From positions 17,639-81,638 of the forward strand of contig JAURQI010000134.1 of assembly GCA_030836155.1 (NCBI GenBank): DNA of 64,000 nt. The letters run 5' to 3'. The position numbers and the translations under genes are program-made. The notes beneath the pieces are model-generated. The model was not told where the DNA came from and ran no database searches. It worked only from the letters and a program-made list of their open reading frames with translations. Positions 1-10,050 of this stretch are shown here, in pieces. This DNA comes from Crocinitomix sp. (GTDB lineage Bacteria; Bacteroidota; Bacteroidia; Flavobacteriales_D; Crocinitomicaceae). Position 1 is the stretch's first letter, and the number at the start of each line of letters is the position of its first letter.

Positions 1-34
1 AACCAAATGTTAAACGAAAAAACAAATCAAAAGA

Positions 35-1195
35 ATGAAAATATCAGTACTTGGAGCAGGATCAATGGGGTCAGGAATATCACAGGTTGCTGCGCAATCA
101 GGACACGAAGTTGTTTTGGTTGACACGAATCAAGATGCGCTGGATAAAGCCAAAGGTAAATTGGCGAAAATCATGGCGCGTCTGGTTGAAAAGGGAAAAT
201 TTGGGCAAGATATTGCAGATGGAATTCAAAATAGAATTACCTATTCAACCCAAATGGACGATTTCGCCGGCTCTGGAATGGTCATTGAAGCGATTATTGA
301 GAATCTCGAAATCAAACAAAAAGTATTCAAAACAATAGAGGGTATTGTTGATGAGAACTGTATTCTTGCGACCAATACTTCCTCATTATCCGTTGCGTCC
401 ATTGCTGCGGCTGTTGAAAAATCTGAACGGGTAATAGGTATTCACTTTTTTAATCCGGCACCGCTTATGCCTCTTGTTGAAATTATACCTGCTGTACAAA
501 CCGATGCAGCGGTCACAAATGCGGCAAGAGACTTGGTTGACTCTTGGAAAAAAGTAACTGTTTTAGCGAAAGATACACCTGGTTTTATTGTGAACCGTGT
601 CGCGCGTCCGTTTTATGGAGAGGCATTAAAGATTTATGAGGAAGGTGTCGCTGATTTTGCCACCATTGATTGGGCTATGACAGAACTTGGAGGATTCAGA
701 ATGGGACCCTTTACGTTAATGGATTATATTGGTAATGATATTAATTATACCGTTACAGAGACGGTATTTAAGGCATTCTATTACGATCCTAGGTATCGAC
801 CATCTTTCACACAGAAAAGACATTCAGAAGCTGGCTGGTACGGTCGTAAGTCGGGAAGAGGTTATTATGATTACAGCGAAGGAGTAGCTAAACCTATCCC
901 AAGTCAAGATAAAAACTTGGGCGAAACTATCCTAAACCGAATTTTAGTGCTATTAATTAATGAAGCAGCTGATGCCGTATTTTTAAATATCGCCTCAGCA
1001 AAAGATGTTGATTTGGCAATGACAAAAGGGGTTAACTATCCAAAAGGGCTTTTGGCATGGGGAAATGAAATGGGTCTGGACAAAGTGTTAGAACAATTAG
1101 ACCATTTGTATGCCGAATATGGCGATGATAAATATCGAGCTAGTGTTTTGCTAAGAAGGATGGTAAGAAATGGAGTTACTTTTGATGTGAAGTAA
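35..1195 (+). CDS. paaH: 3-hydroxyacyl-CoA dehydrogenase (PaaH / 3-hydroxybutyryl-CoA dehydrogenase family)
   Basis: Rossmann motif VLGAGSMGSGI; EAIIENLEIKQ; ILATNTSSL; catalytic HFFNPAP; PGFIVNR; partly duplicated C-terminal 3HCDH domain. Confidence 0.85.
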   Translation: MKISVLGAGSMGSGISQVAAQSGHEVVLVDTNQDALDKAKGKLAKIMARLVEKGKFGQDIADGIQNRITYSTQMDDFAGSGMVIEAIIENLEIKQKVFKTIEGIVDENCILATNTSSLSVASIAAAVEKSERVIGIHFFNPAPLMPLVEIIPAVQTDAAVTNAARDLVDSWKKVTVLAKDTPGFIVNRVARPFYGEALKIYEEGVADFATIDWAMTELGGFRMGPFTLMDYIGNDINYTVTETVFKAFYYDPRYRPSFTQKRHSEAGWYGRKSGRGYYDYSEGVAKPIPSQDKNLGETILNRILVLLINEAADAVFLNIASAKDVDLAMTKGVNYPKGLLAWGNEMGLDKVLEQLDHLYAEYGDDKYRASVLLRRMVRNGVTFDVK

Positions 1196-1220
1196 ACTGA
1201 CGATAGCAAAGACAATTTAG

Positions 1221-1255
1221 GCCCTAGGATTCAATAATGGAGACTAGGGCTTTTT
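1221..1255 (+). terminator. Probable intrinsic terminator of the dehydrogenase gene
   Basis: GCCCTAG (1221-1227) / CTAGGGC (1244-1250) stem followed by TTTTT. Confidence 0.6.
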
Positions 1256-1426
1256 GGTTAATGGAACAGGTTGTTCAGTAGTTTGATCAATTACTACTTT
1301 TGAGTTGTTCATCTCCAGATCTAGAAAGTCTTGCTTATTTTCCGTTTTGCGGTTGGTGTTGAATACATATAATAGTATGCACAAAATGATTGCAAAACAT
1401 AAAACAATAACGTTGCTCTTTGTCAT
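1244..1426 (-). CDS. Small hypothetical membrane protein (60 aa)
   Basis: ATG start, N-terminal hydrophobic helix VIVLCFAIILCILLYVF and polar tail; no recognisable family. Confidence 0.45.
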   Translation of the reverse strand: MTKSNVIVLCFAIILCILLYVFNTNRKTENKQDFLDLEMNNSKVVIDQTTEQPVPLTKKP

Positions 1427-1681
1427 TATCCACGATTTAGGCTGTATTTTAATTAAAGTTTAGAGAGAATACAGCGTTATTTATATAGTGTGGGACGGCA
1501 AATTTAGAACAAATAAATCCTTTAGATTCTACATTTTACATGATTTTTTTTCTGGATTCAGCTTAATGAATTAATGAAAAACTGAATAGTTAAGGTGAAA
1601 TAGTTTTGACTGCTAGTAATCGGTATTAATAGGTCAATAATCAGGGTGTGCAAAAAAGTGGAGTTAAAAAAAATGTTGTAC

Positions 1682-1718
1682 AAAAAAAGCCTTTGCTCTC
1701 GTGAGCAAAGGCTTTTTT
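1682..1718 (-). terminator. Intrinsic terminator (bidirectional-type) downstream of the T9SS beta-propeller gene
   Basis: A7-GCCTTTGCTC-tcgt-GAGCAAAGGC-T6. Confidence 0.9.
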
Positions 1719-1737
1719 ATGATGAAAAATATATTGT

Positions 1738-4700
1738 TTAATGCTTGATAAACTTCGTTGTCTCGCTGAAGTTCTCAGCATTCAAACGAAGGATATATGT
1801 TCCTCTCGGAAGGTCTTGTGCATCAAATGCAATTTTGTTAGCACCTTCTTGAAGATCTGTTGAAACAACTTGCTGAACCATTTGTCCATTTAAGTTGAAG
1901 ATTTGAAGTTGAACATCACCGTTTGAATCCAGGTTGAAATCAACCGTTGCTTGATCCATTACCGGGTTAGGGTATAGGCTGATATTCACTTGGAATTTTT
2001 CTTTTACAAGATTGTCGCTATCTGGTGTTGACAATAAAGCGTCAGTACTCCAGATACCACGACCGTGTGTTCCGATATAAACCTCACCAGGACGTTTACA
2101 TCCTTCATCCCAAGTTCTCCAGTTCTGCTGCATATCGAATATAGCAACTCGTCCGAATTTACCAGTGATATCAGACCAGTTAGCTCCGCCGTCTTCAGTA
2201 ACGTATGCACCAAATTCAGTACCAACAACAATCGTATTGATATCGTCTCGGTCAACGATTACAGAGAAACAAGGTATACCAGCTTCAGCTGCTCCAGTTC
2301 CTTCATCACCAGGGAAGTTCAATGCCGTGAATGATGGATCAACACCTGTAGCATTCGTTGATTCTCTTACACGACCAGAAGTAACGTAATTACCTAATGT
2401 TACCACTAAGTAGTCAGGATTTCCAAGAGGACCAGAAGCAATTCCAGTTACTGGACCAGGCAGTGATTCAATTTGTTGCAATTCAGTCACAAATCGGTTA
2501 CCCATATGATCGATCAATGTGTCATACGTGATTCCACCCATTGTTGGACCTTCTAAGATTTCAGTTGGCGAGTATGCATCGTTAAATCCAGTTACTCTCC
2601 ACAATTGACCTGAGTATGTTCCGATGAATAAATAATCTCCGTCTTTCGAGAATTCCATCGTAGAAATGGTCCCCATACCTTCAGCTATTTTGAACCATGC
2701 TTCTTCTTGAGCAGAGAAACGCAATGCGTTTCTGGTCATCCATACACCGTTAGCTGTTCCCATGTCAAGAGCAAACCATGACTGGTAAGGGTCTTGTACA
2801 CGCAATGTATCCCAAGCAATGTTGAAAAGAACAGAATCGTTACCCATATCCACTTCTTCTCCTGGCTTTAAATCATTGGTACCCACATAATGATCGATAG
2901 TCGAAAAGCTTTCAACAATAATTGTATCATTTTCTTCTACACCAATAATCAAGATGCTGTCACCTTCAGAAATTGCAGGTGCACCAAAAATGAAGTCCCA
3001 TTCCAGAAGACCTAAATTAAAGTCACCACCAGTGATCTCATCAACCACAACTGTATCGTTAAATGTCAATGCATCGTCGTAAACTAACGTATCATCAAAT
3101 ACGATGTCGATTGGACTCTCGTAAGGAATGAACGTTTGCGTAGTCGCCGAAGGCACTTGGATAATGTCACCAGCATTATAACTTTCTGGAGCAATATAAT
3201 CCAATGTATCTGTTGAAGCTAAATCATTCGGATTCTCCCACATTTTAAACTGCGTTACGAATTGTCCACATCCAGTACCGTCAATTGCACCTGGCGTACA
3301 AGGAGAAGCAGGAGCTTCAAATGGATCTGGAATAAAAGGAGAAGGATTTTCACCACGATCAGAAGAACGATATACTGCAGAGAAATAAACAGAACCAAAC
3401 GTTAAATTACGATTGATGAATGAAATATCAGCTGAGAATCCGTCTCCACCTCCAATTCGATCATGCTCTCTCCAAGTTGTTCCAGTGTGGTAGTTAGCTT
3501 GAACACCGTTGTCTTGAGTTCCTCCGACAACATCACCATGTGCTGAAACACCTATTGCATAAAATTGCGTTACTCCATAACCTCTATTAGCAGGGTGGAA
3601 TGTAGGATCTAATGTAGTTGCGTTATCTGAAAAAGCGATACCACCATCATTACCTATGTACAAACGTCCATTTGCATCCCAAGTAAATTCGTGATTATCT
3701 GCATGTACATATAATGGATTTGTTGGTGATAAGAACCACTGTGAAATTTGTTCCCAGTTTCCACCTTTTTTCCATTGGTAGCAATCAATTCCACCTAGTA
3801 AAATTCGATCAGGAGCGCCAGGAACAACAGTAATAATATTGTTGTATAAACCTTGTCCGCTAACTCCACCGGAAGTAAATGGTCCAAACCCACCAGGCTC
3901 GCCTGTGTATGCTGGAGCAATTCTTTCCCAAGTCATTCCGTTGTTTTCTGAACGCCAAATACCTCTTAATTGTCCTGATGCTCCAGACCCGTAAACATAA
4001 TATTTACCATCTACTTTCTCATGTGAGATTGCAAACTCTAAACGTCCAACACCAATGCTGTTAATTTTTCCAGCAACTTCTGATGATTCTGATACTTCAC
4101 TAAATGTAGCACCACCATTTTCAGAAGCTAATGCAACTGATGGTCCACCTCCTACGGCGTATCCAACGATTACTTGACCATCACCTGAAACAGAAAGAGA
4201 AGTACATGCCGTACCTGCTCCTCCAAATGAGCTGATGCTTTCTAGTTCTCCCGTTGAAGGATCATACTTTTTTAAACCAGATGAACTTGCTATCCAAACG
4301 AAATTATTAACATCATCACAAGCAATCTCGTTGATGTATGTATAATTTTCTGTTCCTTCAATTAAGCTCCATGAACCGTCTGCATTTCTGATGTAAGCAC
4401 CGTATCCTCTACCACCACTTTGTCCATCAACTCCGGAAACTTGTTCTTCCTTATGGCCTGTAGCAGCATAATACGTTCCATCAATTGTTTGACACATTGA
4501 TGAGATTGATAAGTTATCAGCGAAGTCTTCAACTTTATCCCACGTTCCACCGCGGTTAATTGATTCAAATAAACCACCCGATACTGCTCCAGCATATAAG
4601 TGATTGATATTCGAACGGTCAACAAGGATAGCTCGTGTACGTCCTCCAACATTGTCAGGACCTAAATCCATCCAATTGTAATCTGCACGATCTTGTGCTA

Positions 4701-4941
4701 TGTTTTTTGAAATTTCGAGTGCTCTTGCACGATCTTCAGAGTCATATTCTCCGAAGATCGTTTCGTAAAACTCAAACGTTTTGTCAATAGTTGACTCGTC
4801 ACTTTGAATGTGTGACGATAACCTTTGCTCATACTTTCCGCCCGAAACCTCTGTGTTAGAGAGGAATAGACCGGATGCAATCGCTATGGCCGGTAAGGAT
4901 CCCAATAGTAGTGCTTTTTTCATCATAATTTTATTTTTCAT
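1738..4941 (-). CDS. T9SS type A cargo protein with BNR/Asp-box (VPS10/glycoside-hydrolase-like) beta-propeller repeats
   Basis: Signal peptide; LGPDNVGGRTRAILVD; Asp-box repeats (SINRGGTW, SENGGATF, SENNGMTW, SSDRGE, TEDGGANW); C-terminal sorting domain ISLYPNP...QIFNLNGQMV...LPRGTYILRL...KFIKH. Confidence 0.85.
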   Translation of the reverse strand: MKNKIMMKKALLLGSLPAIAIASGLFLSNTEVSGGKYEQRLSSHIQSDESTIDKTFEFYETIFGEYDSEDRARALEISKNIAQDRADYNWMDLGPDNVGGRTRAILVDRSNINHLYAGAVSGGLFESINRGGTWDKVEDFADNLSISSMCQTIDGTYYAATGHKEEQVSGVDGQSGGRGYGAYIRNADGSWSLIEGTENYTYINEIACDDVNNFVWIASSSGLKKYDPSTGELESISSFGGAGTACTSLSVSGDGQVIVGYAVGGGPSVALASENGGATFSEVSESSEVAGKINSIGVGRLEFAISHEKVDGKYYVYGSGASGQLRGIWRSENNGMTWERIAPAYTGEPGGFGPFTSGGVSGQGLYNNIITVVPGAPDRILLGGIDCYQWKKGGNWEQISQWFLSPTNPLYVHADNHEFTWDANGRLYIGNDGGIAFSDNATTLDPTFHPANRGYGVTQFYAIGVSAHGDVVGGTQDNGVQANYHTGTTWREHDRIGGGDGFSADISFINRNLTFGSVYFSAVYRSSDRGENPSPFIPDPFEAPASPCTPGAIDGTGCGQFVTQFKMWENPNDLASTDTLDYIAPESYNAGDIIQVPSATTQTFIPYESPIDIVFDDTLVYDDALTFNDTVVVDEITGGDFNLGLLEWDFIFGAPAISEGDSILIIGVEENDTIIVESFSTIDHYVGTNDLKPGEEVDMGNDSVLFNIAWDTLRVQDPYQSWFALDMGTANGVWMTRNALRFSAQEEAWFKIAEGMGTISTMEFSKDGDYLFIGTYSGQLWRVTGFNDAYSPTEILEGPTMGGITYDTLIDHMGNRFVTELQQIESLPGPVTGIASGPLGNPDYLVVTLGNYVTSGRVRESTNATGVDPSFTALNFPGDEGTGAAEAGIPCFSVIVDRDDINTIVVGTEFGAYVTEDGGANWSDITGKFGRVAIFDMQQNWRTWDEGCKRPGEVYIGTHGRGIWSTDALLSTPDSDNLVKEKFQVNISLYPNPVMDQATVDFNLDSNGDVQLQIFNLNGQMVQQVVSTDLQEGANKIAFDAQDLPRGTYILRLNAENFSETTKFIKH

Positions 4942-5229
4942 CTAAGCGCAATTTCATCCGCGCAATATACGACATAATTATTAATTATTCTGTATGAAAT
5001 TTTGATTTTTAATCCACATTTTATTCGTTAAAACGCTAACAGTAAGAGAGACTTGCATTAATCTATTGTTCGCGTTTCGATTATTTAAATCAAATTTTTT
5101 ACAGAATGTCAAAAACGTGCTTTAATAGAACAGTTTTGTGAACGTAAAGTTCAGTGATAATTAATGATTTTTCAACCTCCAATAATGCAATTTGAAAATT
5201 ATTTATACATGTCTAGTGGAGGCACCCGA

Positions 5230-6096
5230 TTAGAAAAGATGTTTCTCAGCGTGATAAGAAGATCGCACCAATGGCCCGCTCTCAACAAATCGAAAACCTT
5301 TTGTTAGTGCATAATCACGATACTCGTCAAATTTCTGAGGTGTTACAAATTCTGTAATGGGCAAATGATTAGGCGTGGGTTGTAAATATTGTCCCATAGT
5401 CAAGATATCACAACCAACACTACTTAAATCATCTATCGTTTCTATGATCTCAGTTTCGGTTTCACCCAGACCTAACATGATACCTGATTTTGTTTTCATA
5501 CCACCTCTTTTGAGTCGCATTAGCACCTCTAAACTACGATCGTATTTAGCTTGAATTCGAACCTGTTTGGTTAAACGGCGAACGGTTTCTAGGTTGTGCG
5601 AAACGACTTCTGGAGCAACGTCAATGATCCGTTGTAAGTTTTCCCATTTACCACCGAAATCTGGAATTAAGGTTTCCATTGTCGTTCCTGGACTCTTACG
5701 TCGGATGGCTTTTACAGTAGATACCCAAATTTCGGATCCTCCGTCTGCTAAATCATCTCTATCGACAGATGTGATTACCGCATGCTTTACTTGCATTAGT
5801 TTAACGGATTGTGCCACTTTTGCGGGTTCAAAAAGGTCAGCGGCCAATGGCTTTCCAGTTTTGACTGCACAAAACCCACATGATCGTGTACAAATGTTTC
5901 CGAGGATCATGAAGGTCGCCGTTCCTTCTCCCCAACATTCGCCCATATTCGGGCAGTTTCCGCTCTCACAAATGGTATGCAATTTATGCTCATCAACCAG
6001 TGAGCGAACTTTTTTATAATTTTCTCCAGTTGGCAACTTGACACGAAGCCATTTTGGTTTTTTTATTTTTACTTTCTCTTTCGTCAATGTTTCCAT
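5230..6096 (-). CDS. lipA: Lipoyl synthase
   Basis: KPKWLRV; [12 protein letters not shown]; radical [11 protein letters not shown]; C-terminal RSSY. Confidence 0.98.
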   Translation of the reverse strand: METLTKEKVKIKKPKWLRVKLPTGENYKKVRSLVDEHKLHTICESGNCPNMGECWGEGTATFMILGNICTRSCGFCAVKTGKPLAADLFEPAKVAQSVKLMQVKHAVITSVDRDDLADGGSEIWVSTVKAIRRKSPGTTMETLIPDFGGKWENLQRIIDVAPEVVSHNLETVRRLTKQVRIQAKYDRSLEVLMRLKRGGMKTKSGIMLGLGETETEIIETIDDLSSVGCDILTMGQYLQPTPNHLPITEFVTPQKFDEYRDYALTKGFRFVESGPLVRSSYHAEKHLF

Positions 6097-6103
6097 GTCT
6101 CAA

Positions 6104-6841
6104 TTAATAGAGTTTTTGACCTAAGTTAAATTGTAAATAGAGCGATACAAAATACCGTTGTGGGTCATTTTGATCTAACAATAAAATGGGATTTGTAGCA
6201 AAGCAGTCGGCCATTATTCCCAACTCGCCTCCACTGATTTTATTCTTAGTGCTGGCAAAATTAAAATCGACACCAGCTTTTGCAAATGCTCCAATTTCTA
6301 CACGCGATTCTCCAAATCCTTTTCCCCATGAAGACCGTGCTGTTATATTTTCTTTATTGTGCACGGCGGGGTCATAGCGTTCTTCAATCGTTGTATTTCC
6401 AACGTCTATTCTAACATAAACGGGTTTTACTAGACCAAAACTAGGCCCCAATGACCATTTAGCAGTTACCTCAATTCCGTTTTCTCGCTCAGATCGAAAA
6501 AGGGTACGCTTACCTCCGTAAGTTGGACGGAAGCATACTAAGGAATTTAATTTGCCATAAAAATAACCTCTAGAGCTCAAGTTGCTATAAATCTTATATT
6601 CTTTGGGATGTCGAATATTCGTTAATGTAAAACCAAATGTATTTCGATATTTGTAGTTTTTCTGTATGGCATATTCGAAGGCCACACCCCAGCCAGTTGA
6701 TCCAGCGTTGGTGTTGAAGTTCAGCCCAGCAAGTACATCACGACGCATTAATACACTGCCTTCATCTTTCTCGGGCTCTTGTCCAAATAAAGTGGCACTG
6801 AATAAAATCAAGCCTAGTATATATATGTATCTTAGTGGCAC
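6104..6841 (-). CDS. Hypothetical exported protein, probable outer-membrane beta-barrel; start revised to GTG 6841
   Basis: From GTG 6841 reads MPLRYIYILGLILFSATLFGQ (signal peptide); amphipathic strands; aromatic C-terminus; TAACTTTG box at 6854-6847. Confidence 0.6.
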   Translation of the reverse strand: MPLRYIYILGLILFSATLFGQEPEKDEGSVLMRRDVLAGLNFNTNAGSTGWGVAFEYAIQKNYKYRNTFGFTLTNIRHPKEYKIYSNLSSRGYFYGKLNSLVCFRPTYGGKRTLFRSERENGIEVTAKWSLGPSFGLVKPVYVRIDVGNTTIEERYDPAVHNKENITARSSWGKGFGESRVEIGAFAKAGVDFNFASTKNKISGGELGIMADCFATNPILLLDQNDPQRYFVSLYLQFNLGQKLY

Positions 6842-6907
6842 GTATACAAAGTTAGTCAAATACAACCGAGTAACCTTAGATTTGTTCAATTAATCAAAAG
6901 TTCATTC

Positions 6908-7318
6908 ATGACCAAAATAGACAAAAACTATGAAATCTCCTACGAAGGTGATTTGCGTGTAAAAATGACGCATTTAAAATCGGGTACAACGATTTATTCA
7001 GACGCACCAACGGATAATAATGGTAAAGGCGAATCTTTTTCTCCAACGGATTTACTTGTTAATGCGTTGGTTTCATGCGTCCTTACGATTATCGGCATCC
7101 ATTTCAAAAAGAAAGATCGCAATATCAAACGTATAAATGCAGGTACAAAAAAAGTAATGTATGCTGATCCTCGAAGAGTAGGTGAGGTTTTAATTGAATT
7201 TGATTTCGGTGAGAATGAATTTGATGAAAGAGATTTGATCGCTATCAAGAAGATTGTAGAAACTTGTCCCGTTACTTTAAGTATCAATACTGATATCAAA
7301 ATTCAAACTAATTTATGA
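6908..7318 (+). CDS. OsmC/Ohr family protein
   Basis: SDAPTDNNGKGESFSPTDLL...LVSC and second Cys in CPV. Confidence 0.9.
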   Translation: MTKIDKNYEISYEGDLRVKMTHLKSGTTIYSDAPTDNNGKGESFSPTDLLVNALVSCVLTIIGIHFKKKDRNIKRINAGTKKVMYADPRRVGEVLIEFDFGENEFDERDLIAIKKIVETCPVTLSINTDIKIQTNL

Positions 7319-7320
7319 GC

Positions 7321-7836
7321 TTAGAAAAAGTCGAAAATTTGTTTTTCAAACATCTCACTTTCTTCTAAAGCTGGAATTGTTTTTAACGAGGTGTTTTTGA
7401 CAGGTTCGTACAGCAATGAATTCGTTTTTAAGTCTTTTGGTATAAACTGGTTTTGGTGATCGTAAGCTTCTAACATCACTAGTATAGCACTTAAAATAAA
7501 CCACACTTTAATCAAGCCAAAAACCAATCCTGCAATTTTATTTACGGTGCCTAGCGCAACTACTTTGACTGCTTTCTCAATCAATTTTCCGGCAAAATAG
7601 ACCATGGCTCCCACTAGCAATAGTGTTACGGTAAATGCGATAGCTGGTAAATATTCAGATGTGAGACCGAGGTTTTCTCGAAGTACATTGGCCATTAAAT
7701 CTGAAAAATGGATGCCAGCATAAATTCCAACAAGCAAGGCCAGTAAAGTGAAGATCTCAATTATAAATCCTTTTTTAAAGCCTCGCCAGCCTCCAATGAT
7801 TAAAGGAATTATGATTAAGATGTCCAAATAGTTCAT
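7321..7836 (-). CDS. cvpA: CvpA (colicin V production) family membrane protein
   Basis: MNYLDILIIIPLIIGGWRGFKKGFIIE; NKIAGLVFG; several TM helices. Confidence 0.9.
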   Translation of the reverse strand: MNYLDILIIIPLIIGGWRGFKKGFIIEIFTLLALLVGIYAGIHFSDLMANVLRENLGLTSEYLPAIAFTVTLLLVGAMVYFAGKLIEKAVKVVALGTVNKIAGLVFGLIKVWFILSAILVMLEAYDHQNQFIPKDLKTNSLLYEPVKNTSLKTIPALEESEMFEKQIFDFF

Positions 7837-7875
7837 ACAACCAAAAATAATTCGGAATTTTGCAAAAGCTGAAAC

Positions 7876-8274
7876 ATGCGTGCAATTGTTTCAAACAGAA
7901 AACTGTTTATTATCATGGATTATAAGGTTGAAATTCAATTTCAGGAATTAATCAAAAAATTAGAAAAGCGTTTTGGTGACGGTTTGGAAATGGACACGGT
8001 TATGTTACTTATCGGTGTTCAGGAACTTGGTCAAGGCTATTGGGAGTTTAGCAAAGATGAAAAGATGAACCTAATGCATATTGCGATTTGCACACTCTTA
8101 GAACCCTATGGTTTTTACAAATATGTGGCGAATGATGATGATGGCTGGCCGCACTTTGAGAAGGTAAAAAACTTGCCTCCAATTTCTAATCAACAACAGG
8201 AGCACCTCTTAAAAGAGGCTGTCATCAGCTATTTTACAGAGAATAAATATGTCGAAAACGAATCAGGAGATTAA
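7876..8274 (+). CDS. Conserved Bacteroidota hypothetical protein (true start may be ATG 7915)
   Basis: LLIGVQELGQG, FSKDEKMNLMHIAICTLLEPYG and GWPHF motifs resemble a family I recall from Bacteroidota. Confidence 0.7.
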   Translation: MRAIVSNRKLFIIMDYKVEIQFQELIKKLEKRFGDGLEMDTVMLLIGVQELGQGYWEFSKDEKMNLMHIAICTLLEPYGFYKYVANDDDGWPHFEKVKNLPPISNQQQEHLLKEAVISYFTENKYVENESGD

Positions 8275-8330
8275 TATTTTAAGACACTGTTCCAAGTAAA
8301 AATGTATCTTTGTGGGCTAAAATCGAATGA

Positions 8331-9683
8331 ATGGAATTTCTTATTAAAGCAGGGCAGTTAATTTTAAGCTTGTCGATCTTGATTGTTTTACACGAGTTTG
8401 GACACTATTTGCCTGCACGCTGGTTTAAAACCCGTGTTGAGAAGTTTTATTTATTCTTCGATTATAAATTCTCATTATTCAAAAAGAAAATTGGTGAAAC
8501 CGAATGGGGGATCGGATGGATTCCCTTAGGTGGTTATGTCAAAATTTCAGGAATGATTGACGAGTCAATGGATAAAGAGCAAATGAAACAACCACCTAAA
8601 GAGTGGGAATTTCGTTCGAAACCAGCTTGGCAACGCTTGATTATTATGATTGGTGGGGTAGTGGTGAACATGATTGTTGGAATAGTGATCTATATTTTGG
8701 TGCTATTTGCTTGGGGAGAAGATTACATTGCTGCTGAGCATGTTCATAATGGATATGCTTTTCATGAGTATTATGAAGGTTTAGGATTTCAGGACGGAGA
8801 CAATGTTATTGCGGTTGATGGAGAAATGCCAAAGGATGTTGTTGACATCAACAAATTCATTCTATTAAGGGGAGCAAGAGAGATTACCGTAGAACGTAAT
8901 GGAGAAAATATCACCATCGCACTTCCTGAAGATGTCGATATGGAGGCTTTTAAACAAGGAGCAATGTCAGGTATTACACCTCGTTATTATGCCGTTATGG
9001 ACTCCGTTTTGGTGCCAGAATCAGAAGAGACTGCTGAAGACGAAATGCGACCAGCATTTTTGGCAGGTTTTGAAGATGGTGATAGTGTTGTTGCAGTCAA
9101 CAATCAGCCGGTCGTTTTTTGGGATGAGTTTACTTCCATTATTAATGAAAGCGAGAATGAAGTCGTTGCTATTGATTTCTATCGAAATGATTTACCACAA
9201 TCACTCAAAGTTCAAGTAGACAGTAATGGACGAATTGGCGTAGCACCAAAACGCCTTAGTCAATCGTTTATCATATCACATGATGATTATTCATTCGGAG
9301 AATCTATTCCTGGTGGTTTAGCGCTAGGTGTAAATACCCTAAAAGATTATGTTTCTCAGTTGAAGTTCTTGTTCACAGAAAAAGGTGCTTCAAGTATTGG
9401 CGGTTTTGGGGCTTTCGGAAGTTTATTCTCGCCCACATGGGATTGGGAGGTATTCTGGAGTATGACTGCCTTTATTTCAATCATGTTGGCTTTTATGAAT
9501 TTCTTACCGATTCCAGCGTTGGATGGAGGGCATATTATGTTCTTGTTATATGAAATGATATCAGGAAGAAAACCGAATGAGAAGGTAATGGAATATGCCC
9601 AACTCTTTGGTATTATTCTTCTCCTTTCACTCTTGGTATATGCCAATGGGAATGACATTTATAAGGCAATCTTTGGAGATTAA
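8331..9683 (+). CDS. rseP: RIP metalloprotease RseP (M50, PDZ-containing)
   Basis: HEFGH zinc motif; IPLGGYVKI; NFLPIPALDGGH; PDZ-like segments. Confidence 0.96.
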   Translation: MEFLIKAGQLILSLSILIVLHEFGHYLPARWFKTRVEKFYLFFDYKFSLFKKKIGETEWGIGWIPLGGYVKISGMIDESMDKEQMKQPPKEWEFRSKPAWQRLIIMIGGVVVNMIVGIVIYILVLFAWGEDYIAAEHVHNGYAFHEYYEGLGFQDGDNVIAVDGEMPKDVVDINKFILLRGAREITVERNGENITIALPEDVDMEAFKQGAMSGITPRYYAVMDSVLVPESEETAEDEMRPAFLAGFEDGDSVVAVNNQPVVFWDEFTSIINESENEVVAIDFYRNDLPQSLKVQVDSNGRIGVAPKRLSQSFIISHDDYSFGESIPGGLALGVNTLKDYVSQLKFLFTEKGASSIGGFGAFGSLFSPTWDWEVFWSMTAFISIMLAFMNFLPIPALDGGHIMFLLYEMISGRKPNEKVMEYAQLFGIILLLSLLVYANGNDIYKAIFGD

Positions 9684-9691
9684 TTAATCTC
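9676..9691. repeat. Perfect 16-bp palindrome spanning the rseP stop codon
   Basis: GAGATTAATTAATCTC. Confidence 0.8.
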
Positions 9692-9709
9692 ATCTTAATT
9701 TGAGTTGAA

Positions 9710-10038
9710 AGAGAAAGTGCATGAGCATTAGGCCATGTTAAATGCGCGCGAGCTAACCTTTTGTCTTTCGTCCATCATCTGATATCATTTAAGGAACAAT
9801 GGAGAGGGAAGATGCACACGCATTACGCTAGGCTAAATGCGCGCGAGCAAATCTTTTGTCTTTCGTCTATGATCTAATTTCATTTATGGAGCAATGGAGA
9901 GGGAAGGTGCACACGCATTACGCTAGGCTAAATGCGCGCGAGCAAATCTTTTGTCTTTCGTCCATCATCTGATATCATTTAAGGGGGAATGGAGAGGGAA
10001 GGTGCACACGCATTACGCTAGGCTACATGCGCGCGAGC
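9710..10038. repeat. Tandem array of 95-bp units: three full copies, a partial fourth and a degenerate upstream half-copy
   Basis: TA(A/C)ATGCGCGCGAGC starts at 9739, 9834, 9929 and 10024 (period exactly 95); conserved TTTTGTCTTTCGTC and ATGGAGAGGGAAG(A/G)TGCACACGCATTACGCTAGGC; degenerate copy from about 9710. Confidence 0.95.
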
Positions 10039-10050
10039 TTGAGCGAATTA

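Noticed and set aside
4974-4988. ATAATTA-T-TAATTAT palindrome as a Fur-like box
   Set aside because: Pure A/T in an AT-rich spacer and a poor match to the Fur consensus.
9739-10038. 95-bp array as a CRISPR array
   Set aside because: The variable segments are homologous to each other rather than unique spacers, the constant part (~69 bp) is too long, and no cas gene is in the window.
9739-10038. Array units as hammerhead, twister or SAM-II RNAs
   Set aside because: Only fragments match. The minus strand has CAGAUGA-U-GGACGAAA (not CUGAUGA, no room for stem II). The plus strand has GAGGG after a stem but lacks UAA and the CCC/GC loop. The SAM-II UGAUUU and AAAUGUAGCUAAA elements are absent and no SAM-related gene follows.
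9739-10038. 16-aa peptides encoded by each array unit as real products
   Set aside because: Differences between units are mostly non-synonymous, one copy has an early stop, and the ORFs follow automatically from the TAAATG/CATTTA inverted motif. Kept only as a side note.
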